A DNA stretch of 18,014 nt from Planctomycetota bacterium (GCA_038213805.1 JBBQSO010000102.1:1-18014); one strand, 5' to 3'. Shown: positions 1-7,280, counted from the first letter of the stretch. Notes: generated by a model not told the origin, from the sequence alone. Translations and numbers: made by a program.

Positions 1-186
1 GGGCGGGCTACCGGGCCTTTACCCACACGGTCCGACGCATGTTACTGTATCACATTGGGGGTCATGCTTGGCCCGGCGGGGCGCGGGCGCGCTTGGTACG
101 TGAGAGCGCGCCAGCGGCGCGCGGTCCCAGGAAGATCCCGCACGCGCCGCGTGGATTCATCGGATCTGCGATCAGATACGCTGAGT

Positions 187-1497
187 TCAGGGTTCCAGGA
201 GCATCCCCAACGCCGCTGCGGTCATGGCGTCTGGTGACATCACCAGGACGCGCGCGCCAGCTTCGCTGGCGACGGCGTTGCGGACCTGGGCGACCAGGCC
301 GTGATCATCAGGAACCACCAGCAACGGCGCGAGCGCGGCGGCTTCACAGAGCTGGTGGACGGGGAGCGGCGCGAGGCTTGAGCAGTGGAAGACACCGAGT
401 CGCAGGCCGGCGGCGGTGGCGCTGCGCTGCGCTGCCAGCGCGATTTCGCGGCCAGCCGGGCCGCAGACCAGCGTGCTGCGCTCCCCGCGCGCGAGCCAGC
501 GACCGCACCCGTGCGTCCAGGCGCGCTCGGCCGGCCAGGGCTCCATGGGCGCCGCTGCGTCCGCTGGCAGGGCGAGCAACGTCGGCAGCTCCTGATCGAG
601 GCTCGCCGCCAAGGCTGCGGCGGTCTCGGCAGTGTCGGCGGGGGCGATCACCCACCAGCCCGTGAGCGTGGCGAGCGCGGCCGCGCCCGGCAGGTCGCTG
701 GCATCGACCACCAGCTGCAGCGGCAGGGCGCGCTGACCGATATCAGCAAGGGTGGCGAGGTGGGCCAGCAGCGGGAAGCCGGCGGGGAGGCGCCAGCACA
801 CGCGGTGGCCCTCGCTCGCGACCTGGGCGAGCGCGGCCAGGGCGGCGGCGGTCGGGCTGATGCCGCTCCACGGCGGCGTATCGGCGGTCAGCAGCGCGGG
901 CGAGCGCACAGCGAGCCAGGACAGCCACGCGGGCAATGCGGCGGTAGCGGGCTCATCCGCGTCGACCGGCCACGGCGGCAGGCCACCGGTTTGCAACGCC
1001 GCGAGGCGCACCGGCTGCCATTCGCGGGCCATCGGCAACGGCGCAGGCCGACCAGGCGTCGGCCACGGTTCGGGCAGCAAGTGTGCCGTCGGTTTGTGCT
1101 CGTGGCGCTGCCACGGCCCCTGCGTCACGTTCCAGTCCCACGCGGCGAACTGGCGCGCCAGCGTGGCGGAGGCCCCGACCACCAGCACGAATAGCCCGGG
1201 CAGCCCAAGGCGCGCGGCGAGCGCGACCGCATCCCAACCGACCCCGCTTTGCAGGCCGATTCCATCCAGCACGATCAGCACGCGCCCGCCGCGCGCCTGC
1301 TCGACCCAGGCGGCGCCAGTGGCGGCGGCGAGCGCGCTGGCGCCATCTGCTTGCGGCCACTCGCGCTGCAGGGCGAGCCGAGGTGGCAAAGCGCCGGCGA
1401 CGCGCTGATCTGCAAACAGGCGCACGCGACCTGGGAACGCGACGCCGTCGCCGAGCCAGCGCAGGAGCTCGGTCAGGTAGTCGGCCTCGGCGCGCAT
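187..1497 (-). CDS. Degenerate transketolase/DXS-fold protein (probable pseudoenzyme)
   Basis: 436 aa ORF collinear with the PP, PYR and C-terminal domains of transketolase-family enzymes: 'ALAAATGAAW...RVLIVLDGIGLQSGVGWDAVALAARLGLPGLFVLV', 'ARQFAAWDWNV', 'GWWVIAPADTAETAAALAASLDQELPTLLALP', 'GCGRWLARGERSTLV', 'GLRLGVFHCSSLAPLP'. An in-frame stop near 1546-1548 limits how far upstream the start can lie. Confidence 0.7.
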   Translation of the reverse strand: MRAEADYLTELLRWLGDGVAFPGRVRLFADQRVAGALPPRLALQREWPQADGASALAAATGAAWVEQARGGRVLIVLDGIGLQSGVGWDAVALAARLGLPGLFVLVVGASATLARQFAAWDWNVTQGPWQRHEHKPTAHLLPEPWPTPGRPAPLPMAREWQPVRLAALQTGGLPPWPVDADEPATAALPAWLSWLAVRSPALLTADTPPWSGISPTAAALAALAQVASEGHRVCWRLPAGFPLLAHLATLADIGQRALPLQLVVDASDLPGAAALATLTGWWVIAPADTAETAAALAASLDQELPTLLALPADAAAPMEPWPAERAWTHGCGRWLARGERSTLVCGPAGREIALAAQRSATAAGLRLGVFHCSSLAPLPVHQLCEAAALAPLLVVPDDHGLVAQVRNAVASEAGARVLVMSPDAMTAAALGMLLEP

Positions 1498-1598
1498 GTC
1501 CCCAGGTGTGCCGGGTTTTCGGCCGCTGGCCAGGGTCCATCCGGGTCACGCTGGCGATGCCGGGCTGGAGGGGATGATGGTGTCAGGAGCGGAAAGCC

Positions 1599-1988
1599 AT
1601 GCCCAGCGTCGCCATCGTCGGTGCCTCGACCAATGCCGAACGCCCCAGCAATCTCGCCGTGTTCCGCTTCCGCGCGCGCGGCTACACGGTGTGGCCGGTG
1701 CACCCCGCCGGGCACAGCATCGACGGCTTGCCCGGATACTGTTCGCTGGCCGGACTGCCGGGCCGCCCTGACCTGGTCTGCATGTACGTCAATCCCGAGA
1801 CCGGCCTGGGCATGCTCGACGAGATCGTCGCTTGCCGCCCGCAGGTGCTGTGGCTCAACCCCGGCGCGGATGGCGAGCCCCTGCATGCTGCGGCCCGCGC
1901 CCGCGGCCTGCGCGTGGTCGAAGCGTGCGCACTGGTGTCGCTGGCCACTGGTGATCCGTTGCAGGATACGCTGGGCTTCGGGGACTGA
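1599..1988 (+). CDS. CoA-binding protein (YccU / CoA_binding_2 family)
   Basis: 'VAIVGASTNAERPSN...GYTVWPVHP...LWLNPG...GLRVVEAC' matches the family pattern; AGGAG RBS upstream. Confidence 0.92.
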   Translation: MPSVAIVGASTNAERPSNLAVFRFRARGYTVWPVHPAGHSIDGLPGYCSLAGLPGRPDLVCMYVNPETGLGMLDEIVACRPQVLWLNPGADGEPLHAAARARGLRVVEACALVSLATGDPLQDTLGFGD

Positions 1989-2001
1989 CTCCGAAAGACT
2001 T

Positions 2002-2048
2002 GAGTTGCGAGTTGCGAGTTTCGAGACTCGAAGCTCGAAGCTCGAAGC
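2002..2048. repeat. Inverted pair of heptamer arrays, (GAGTTGC)2 GAGTTTC GAG - A - (CTCGAAG)3; possible bidirectional terminator
   Basis: Read directly from the sequence. It is centred on 2026 and lies between the convergent stops of the CoA-binding gene (1988) and ftsK (2055). Confidence 0.85.
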
Positions 2049-2054
2049 ACCCGC

Positions 2055-4580
2055 CTACTGCCGCAACTCCACGGGATTGTGGTACAGATCGTCCTCTTCG
2101 TCCCACGTCACACCGTTCTCCTTGAGCGTCTCGATCCACTCGTCCCAGCTGCGCAGGATCTCGCGCGAGGCGGTGCCCTTCTGCGGGCCGAGCCAGCCGA
2201 GGTCGGCGAGCTGCTCGACATACTGGGTGGCCTTGTTGTAGCCGATGTTGAGTTTGCGGCGGAAGAAGTCGGCGCCGGTCTTGTTGTAGCGGTACATCGA
2301 CTGCACCGCTTCGTGGAACTGGCGGTCGCCGATCCACTCGCTGCCGGCACCGCTGCCGCTATCGCCGCCGCCGTCCATGCGCACGGCGCCGACCTTGAGC
2401 ACGTCGTCGTCGTAGGTCGGCACACCCTGCGATTTGGCGTGCTCAATGATGGCGTTGATCTCGCTGTCTTTCAGCCACACACCCTGCCCGCGCATCACCG
2501 AGCTGGTGCCGGGCTGCAAGAACAGCATGTCGCCCTTGCCGAGCAGGTTTTCGGCGCCACTGACGTCGAGCACCACGCGCGAGTTCGATTTGTCGACCAC
2601 GCGGAAGCAGATACGCGACGGCAGGTTCGACTTGATCAGGCCCGTGACCACGTCCGCCGAGGGCCGCTGGGTGGTGAGGATGACGTGGATGCCGCAGGCG
2701 CGCGACTTCGCGGCCAGGCGCACGATCGACTTCTCGACCTCCTTGTTGACCATCATCAGGTCGGCGTATTCGTCGACCAGCACGACGATGTAGGGCAGCT
2801 TCGCGCCGCCGCCCGGCAGGTCCTCGCTGCGCTGGTCCTTCTTGGCCAGACGCAGGCGGATCTCGTCGATGCCGAGATCGTTGTAGGCGCGGATGTCGCG
2901 CACGCCGGTGGCGCGCAGCGCCTCGTAGCGCTCGTCCATGGTGCGGCACGCCCACTCGAGCGCGGCGTGCGCCTTGGTCATGTCGGTGATCGGCGGGGCG
3001 AGCAGGTGCGGAATGTCCTCGTAGCCGGCGAGTTCGACCATCTTCGGGTCGACCATGATGAACTTGACCTCTTCCGGGCGCTTGAAGAGCAGGATCGAGC
3101 AGATCATCGCGTTCATGCACACCGACTTGCCCATGCCGGTGGCGCCCGCGACCAGCAGATGCGGCATCTTGGCGAGGTCGCCGATCATCGGCTTGCCGAT
3201 GACGTCGCGACCGAGGATGATCGGCAGGGCCATGGTCGAGGGGTCGGCCTCCTCGACCAGGTCGCGCATCACCACGGCCTCCTTGATGCGGTTGGGCACC
3301 TCGATGCCGATGGTGGTCTTGTTGGGCAGCGGCGCGACGATGCGGATGCCTTCGGTGCCGAGCTTCATCGCCAAATCTTTTTCGAAGCCCTCGACCTTGC
3401 CGACGCGCATCGACTCGTCGAGCAGGCGCATCTCGTACTGCGTGACCACCGGGCCACGCGTGGCGTTCACCACCTGGACCTCGACGTTGAACTGGCGGAA
3501 GACCTGCTCGATGGCGCGCGAGATCTGGGTCTTCTCCTGCTCGTGCTCTGCGTGGCGCTTCTCGGGCGCGTCGTCGAGCAGTTCGACGGGCGGCAACACA
3601 TAGCCCTCGCTCAGGCCGGTCGGCGGCGCCTTGCGCGTCGGGCGCGGACGGGGCGGCGGCGGCTCCGGCGTGGCGCTGCGCGGCGGCAGGCCGGCGGTGG
3701 CCAACGGTTCGTCCGCGGCGGGAAGGTCCGCGCTCGCCGGTGTGGCGGCGACCGGCTCCTCCGCGGCCTGAGCGGCGCCGGCTCCCTGCAGCGAGCGCTT
3801 CTGGTTGCGGATGCGCTCGATCAGCGCCAGCGCATCGGGCGGGGTCGCCTGCTCGTCCTCGGCGATGCGCTTGGTGATCTCGTGGATCGAGGTGGTGGCG
3901 CGGCTCTTCAGTACCGGCGCGGCCGGGCCGGGCACGAAGGGTGGCTTGACCCGGCCCGGGCGCTCGGGCATCTCGAGCGGTGGCGCCTGCTTCCACGACT
4001 GCACCGCCGCGACGGTGCGGCTGAACAGGCGGCGCAGGCCGAGATCCATGAGCATCAGCGCGAGCGCGGCGAGGGCGAGGAGCACGCCGGCCGCTCCCCA
4101 CACGTCGAGATTCTCGACCAGCACCCCGGCAGGGGAGTTGGGCTGGCCGTCGGCGCCCGCCGGGGCGCACAGGAAGCGCCCGAGACTGCCGCCCAGGCCG
4201 CCGAATGGGTACTGGTCCCAGTGGATCAGCAGTCCGGCGGCGTCCTGGCGCAGTGGCAGCAGATGGACCAGGCCGCACAGTGCCGGTACGAGCAGCGCGG
4301 CCCCGGTCAGACGGCGGCCGAGATTGGCGAGTTCATGATCGCGCAGGATGGCGGTGGCGTAGCCGATCAGCAGCAGCGGGACGAAGAAGGCGACCACGCC
4401 CCACAGCCGGATGAAGCCATGGGCGACCACGGCCCCGCCGATGCCCATCAGGTTCTTGCTGGTCGGACCGGATCCGGTCACCTGTCCGGGCATGTAGCTG
4501 ACCAGGGCCAGCAGCAGGAATCCCGCCATCACCAGCAGCCCGCTCGCCACCACCACCCGCATCGGGCCTCGCATGTCCAT
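2055..4580 (-). CDS. ftsK: DNA translocase FtsK/SpoIIIE
   Basis: N-terminal multi-TM region, Pro/Ala linker, 'GPVVTQYE', 'IRIVAPLPNKTTIGIEVPN', Walker A 'AGATGMGKS', 'VDPKMVEL', Walker B 'VVLVDEYADLMM', 'TQRPSADVVTG', and gamma domain 'RRKLNIGYNKA'. Start placed at ATG 4580 (AGGT upstream); the longer ORF-track start at 4751 runs through the heptamer repeat. Confidence 0.97.
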   Translation of the reverse strand: MDMRGPMRVVVASGLLVMAGFLLLALVSYMPGQVTGSGPTSKNLMGIGGAVVAHGFIRLWGVVAFFVPLLLIGYATAILRDHELANLGRRLTGAALLVPALCGLVHLLPLRQDAAGLLIHWDQYPFGGLGGSLGRFLCAPAGADGQPNSPAGVLVENLDVWGAAGVLLALAALALMLMDLGLRRLFSRTVAAVQSWKQAPPLEMPERPGRVKPPFVPGPAAPVLKSRATTSIHEITKRIAEDEQATPPDALALIERIRNQKRSLQGAGAAQAAEEPVAATPASADLPAADEPLATAGLPPRSATPEPPPPRPRPTRKAPPTGLSEGYVLPPVELLDDAPEKRHAEHEQEKTQISRAIEQVFRQFNVEVQVVNATRGPVVTQYEMRLLDESMRVGKVEGFEKDLAMKLGTEGIRIVAPLPNKTTIGIEVPNRIKEAVVMRDLVEEADPSTMALPIILGRDVIGKPMIGDLAKMPHLLVAGATGMGKSVCMNAMICSILLFKRPEEVKFIMVDPKMVELAGYEDIPHLLAPPITDMTKAHAALEWACRTMDERYEALRATGVRDIRAYNDLGIDEIRLRLAKKDQRSEDLPGGGAKLPYIVVLVDEYADLMMVNKEVEKSIVRLAAKSRACGIHVILTTQRPSADVVTGLIKSNLPSRICFRVVDKSNSRVVLDVSGAENLLGKGDMLFLQPGTSSVMRGQGVWLKDSEINAIIEHAKSQGVPTYDDDVLKVGAVRMDGGGDSGSGAGSEWIGDRQFHEAVQSMYRYNKTGADFFRRKLNIGYNKATQYVEQLADLGWLGPQKGTASREILRSWDEWIETLKENGVTWDEEDDLYHNPVELRQ

Positions 4581-4600
4581 GTCGCGCACCTGTGGGTGGG

Positions 4601-4628
4601 ATGCTAATGATGTGGAGCGGGGAACCAA
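4601..4628 (-). promoter_or_regulatory. Putative sigma70-type promoter of ftsK (TTGGTT-N16-TAGCAT)
   Basis: Resembles the -35/-10 consensus, with the -10 box 20 nt upstream of the ATG. Pattern match only. Confidence 0.35.
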
Positions 4629-4651
4629 GGGCATGAGGGCGATGGATTGGG

Positions 4652-4788
4652 TGGCGGCTGACGGCTGACGGCTGGCGGCTGACAGCATCCCCGCCAGCCG
4701 CACCGTGAATCCTCGTCCCAGCGCCCCGCACCGCCCTGCCACCGGATCCAACCCCAGTTAACTCAGCCGCCAGCTGCCAGCGGACAAC
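4652..4788. repeat. Inverted pair of degenerate heptamer arrays: (TGRCRGC)5 at 4652-4686 and ACTCAGC-CGCCAGC-TGCCAGC-GGACAAC at 4761-4788
   Basis: Read directly. It lies in the divergent ftsK-rpmA intergenic region with a 74-bp spacer. Confidence 0.75.
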
Positions 4789-4833
4789 AAGCACCACCAT
4801 TCCCCAGCAGCCGCTTCCAATCCAACTGGCCGC

Positions 4834-4861
4834 TTGCCAAGCCGCTCCACGGCCATACCCT
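4834..4861 (+). promoter_or_regulatory. Putative sigma70-type promoter of rpmA (TTGCCA-N16-TACCCT)
   Basis: Resembles the -35/-10 consensus; the -10 box is 40 nt upstream of the ATG, which has an AGAGGTGA RBS. Confidence 0.45.
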
Positions 4862-4901
4862 TTCGCCCCTCAACCCACGGCTTCAACGACAGAGGTGATG
4901 T

Positions 4902-5156
4902 ATGGCTCATAAGATGGGAACGGGCTCGACCCAGAACGGTCGCGACTCGAATGCGCAGCGGCGCGGGATCAAGTGCTACGGCGGCCAGACCGTCAAGTCC
5001 GGCAGCATCATCGTCCGCCAGTGCGGCAGCCGCTTCAAGCCCGGCTTTGGCGTGGGCCTGGGCAAGGACTTCACCATCTATGCCGTTCAGCCCGGCATCG
5101 TGAAGTTCCGCAACCGCTTCGTCGACGTCATCGCCCTCGCGCCCGCGGCCGAATAA
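4902..5156 (+). CDS. rpmA: 50S ribosomal protein L27 (bL27)
   Basis: '[40 protein letters not shown]...[12 protein letters not shown]...GIVKF'; strong RBS. Confidence 0.98.
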   Translation: MAHKMGTGSTQNGRDSNAQRRGIKCYGGQTVKSGSIIVRQCGSRFKPGFGVGLGKDFTIYAVQPGIVKFRNRFVDVIALAPAAE

Positions 5157-5230
5157 GTCGACCGCAGCCGCCGCATGACGCGGTCTCCGCGCACCGCATG
5201 GGCGGGACGCGGATGCCATGCGACACTTCA

Positions 5231-5270
5231 CCGACACCGTCGTGGCCATGCCGCGACGGTGTCGGCGTTT
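5231..5270 (+). terminator. 16-bp hairpin downstream of rpmA; probable terminator or mRNA stability hairpin
   Basis: CCGACACCGTCGTGGC-CAT-GCCGCGACGGTGTCGG (one G-U pair) followed by CGTTT; the U-tract is short. Confidence 0.55.
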
Positions 5271-5319
5271 CCGCCCCCGGATCTCCTTGAGTACCGGACT
5301 GCAGGTGGATCATGAGGGA

Positions 5320-6012
5320 ATGGAAGTCCACGCACTCCGCCTCATCCAGCCGAACGGCGTCACCAGTCTGGTGACCGTTCGCATCGCCGAACCGCGCCCA
5401 CACGACGGTGTCAGCATCTGCGACGTGCAGCTCGCCGGGCTGCGACCGCACCCCGCCCTGATCCGCGGTTCATCGCCACAGGCCGCACGCATCCGCGCCC
5501 GCGCCTGGTGCGAGCAGGCGCTGCGCGACGAGCAGCAGCGCGGCGCGCGCATTGTCCAGGCCCTCGACGGCGCGCCGTGGAAGGGCTTCGTCCGATCCCA
5601 GGGCGCCACCGCGTCCAACGCGGCGGAACGCCAGCGCCGGCGCTCGCAGGTCGTGCCCCTGGTCCTGATGGGCGGCACCATCGTGATCGGCGCGGCAACC
5701 GCCGGCACGGTGATCAGCACGCGCCCGCGCCTGGATCCGCTGCGCCCGGTCGCCGGCGCCACCTACCGTCCTGGGGCGCGCGGGGATGAGCGCGACGATG
5801 ACGACCAGGCGCAGACCGACCCGGCTGCAGCGGGTCAGGATCAGCAGGGGTGGTTCGCCCCTGGCAGCGGGTCCGGCCCGGTCTGGCACCAGCAGCACAG
5901 CGTCGGCACCAAAGCACCATCCCACCACGACAGCGCCACCTCGACGGTGTCGCGCGGCGGCTTCGGCAGCAGCAGCCACAGCTTCGGCGCCGGCCACTCG
6001 TCGGGCGGCTGA
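5320..6012 (+). CDS. Membrane protein with YgiB/DUF1190-like C-terminal tail and an extra N-terminal domain
   Basis: 'RRRSQVVPLVLMGG' hydrophobic segment and C-terminal 'TVSRGGFGSSSHSFG', typical of the partners encoded before GSP-synthase-like genes. It ends 1 nt before the next ATG. Start is uncertain (5305 GTG or 5320 ATG). Confidence 0.65.
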   Translation: MEVHALRLIQPNGVTSLVTVRIAEPRPHDGVSICDVQLAGLRPHPALIRGSSPQAARIRARAWCEQALRDEQQRGARIVQALDGAPWKGFVRSQGATASNAAERQRRRSQVVPLVLMGGTIVIGAATAGTVISTRPRLDPLRPVAGATYRPGARGDERDDDDQAQTDPAAAGQDQQGWFAPGSGSGPVWHQQHSVGTKAPSHHDSATSTVSRGGFGSSSHSFGAGHSSGG

Positions 6013-6013
6013 G

Positions 6014-7132
6014 ATGCAGCGACGGACCTGCACGCCGCGCGCCGACTGGCGTGCGCGGGTCGAGGCGCTGGGCTTCGGCTTCCATACCATCGCCGGCGCG
6101 CCCTATTGGGACGAGAGCGCCTGCTACGAGTTCAGCGCCGGCGAGATCGACGTGCTTGAAGACGCCTCCGCGGAACTGCACGGGCTGTGCCTGGACGCGG
6201 TCGACCACGCCATCCGCGCCGGCCGCCTCGGCCAGCTTGGCATCCCGGAGGCGTGCCACGCCCTGGTCGCCGCGAGCTGGGAGCGTGGCGACCCGTCGCT
6301 CTACGGTCGCTTCGACCTCGCCTGGGACGGCAGCGGCGCACCCAAGCTGCTCGAATACAACGCCGACACGCCGACCGCGCTGCTCGAGGCCGCCGTGGTG
6401 CAGTGGCACTGGCTGCAGGAGACCGCGCCGGACGCCGACCAGTTCAACAGCCTGCACGAACGCCTGGTCGAGCGCTGGCGCGCCATCGCCCAGCCCGGCG
6501 AACTGGTTCATACCGCCTGCTGCACCGGCAGCGCCGAGGACCTGGGCACCACCACCTACCTGCGCGACACCGCCGCCCAGGCCGGCGTCGACACGGTTGC
6601 GCTCGACATCGCGGCGCTCGGGTGGGACGCGCGCGCGGGCGTCTTCGTCGACCTCGAACTGCAGCCGGTGCACCGGCTGTTCAAGCTCTACCCGTGGGAA
6701 TGGCTGTGCCAGGAGGCCTTCGCCAGCCACCTGCTGCGCGATGGCCTCGCCCTGATCGAGCCGCCGTGGAAGATGGCGCTGAGCAGCAAGGCCATCCTGC
6801 CTCTTTTGTGGGAGCTCAATCCGGGTCACCCCAATCTGCTGCGCGCCGCGCACGCGCCGTGGGGCGACACCCACGTCGAGAAGCCGGTGTGGTCGCGCGA
6901 AGGCAGCAACGTGCGCGTGGTCGAACATGGCCGCGTGCGCGAAGCCCATGACGGCCCCTACCGCGGCGCGACCATCTTCCAGGAATGGCATCCACTGCCC
7001 GAGTTCGACGGCAACCATCCGGTCCTGGGCAGCTGGATTGTCGGAGATGCCGCGTGCGGCCTGGGCATCAGGGAAGACCGCGATCCGATTACCGGGAATG
7101 GGAGCAGATTTGTGCCGCATAGATTTGGCTGA
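6014..7132 (+). CDS. Glutathionylspermidine synthase family ATP-grasp ligase (YgiC/YjfC-like)
   Basis: 'MQRRTCTPRADWR', 'YWDESACYEF', 'LYGRFDLAWDG...PKLLEYNADTPTALLEA', 'FKLYPWEW', 'EPPWK..LSSKAILPLLWE', 'SREGSNV', 'GIRED..ITGN.SRFVPH'. Confidence 0.96.
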   Translation: MQRRTCTPRADWRARVEALGFGFHTIAGAPYWDESACYEFSAGEIDVLEDASAELHGLCLDAVDHAIRAGRLGQLGIPEACHALVAASWERGDPSLYGRFDLAWDGSGAPKLLEYNADTPTALLEAAVVQWHWLQETAPDADQFNSLHERLVERWRAIAQPGELVHTACCTGSAEDLGTTTYLRDTAAQAGVDTVALDIAALGWDARAGVFVDLELQPVHRLFKLYPWEWLCQEAFASHLLRDGLALIEPPWKMALSSKAILPLLWELNPGHPNLLRAAHAPWGDTHVEKPVWSREGSNVRVVEHGRVREAHDGPYRGATIFQEWHPLPEFDGNHPVLGSWIVGDAACGLGIREDRDPITGNGSRFVPHRFG

Positions 7133-7280
7133 TGGCTGATGGCTGATGGCTGATGGCTGATGGCGAGGCAGTCGCTTCGCTCCGGCCTCGCCAACAACAG
7201 GTCAGCGCCATTGGAACGACACGCCCCGACCTGAAATCAGAATCAATCAGCCATCAGCCATCAGCCATCAGCCATCAGCC
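7126..7280. repeat. Perfect 35-bp inverted repeat of heptamer arrays: (GGCTGAT)5 at 7127-7161 and (ATCAGCC)5 at 7246-7280, 84-bp spacer
   Basis: Read directly. The first repeat unit contains the TGA stop (7130-7132) of the upstream gene. Confidence 0.97.

Noticed and set aside
2055..4580. FtsK as a marker of an ICE, type VII secretion or a defence island
   Set aside because: It has the N-terminal TM region, single ATPase domain and gamma domain of the chromosomal cell-division translocase, in a housekeeping context.
2079..4607. 842-aa ORF antisense to ftsK, and similar long antisense ORFs such as 7261-8334, 10699-11790, 12224-14164 and 16679-17377
   Set aside because: Shadow ORFs expected from high-GC codon bias opposite well-supported genes; no recognisable motifs.
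4581..4751. N-terminal extension of FtsK in the ORF track
   Set aside because: It translates through the heptamer repeat and a putative promoter; ATG 4580 has an RBS and directly precedes the first TM helix.
5786..6013. N-terminal extension of the GSP-synthase-like ORF
   Set aside because: It overlaps the YgiB-like gene; the family-typical start MQR..TPRADWR is at 6014.
7126..7280. Possible CRISPR array
   Set aside because: The units are 7-bp tandem repeats with no intervening spacers, and no cas genes are in the window.
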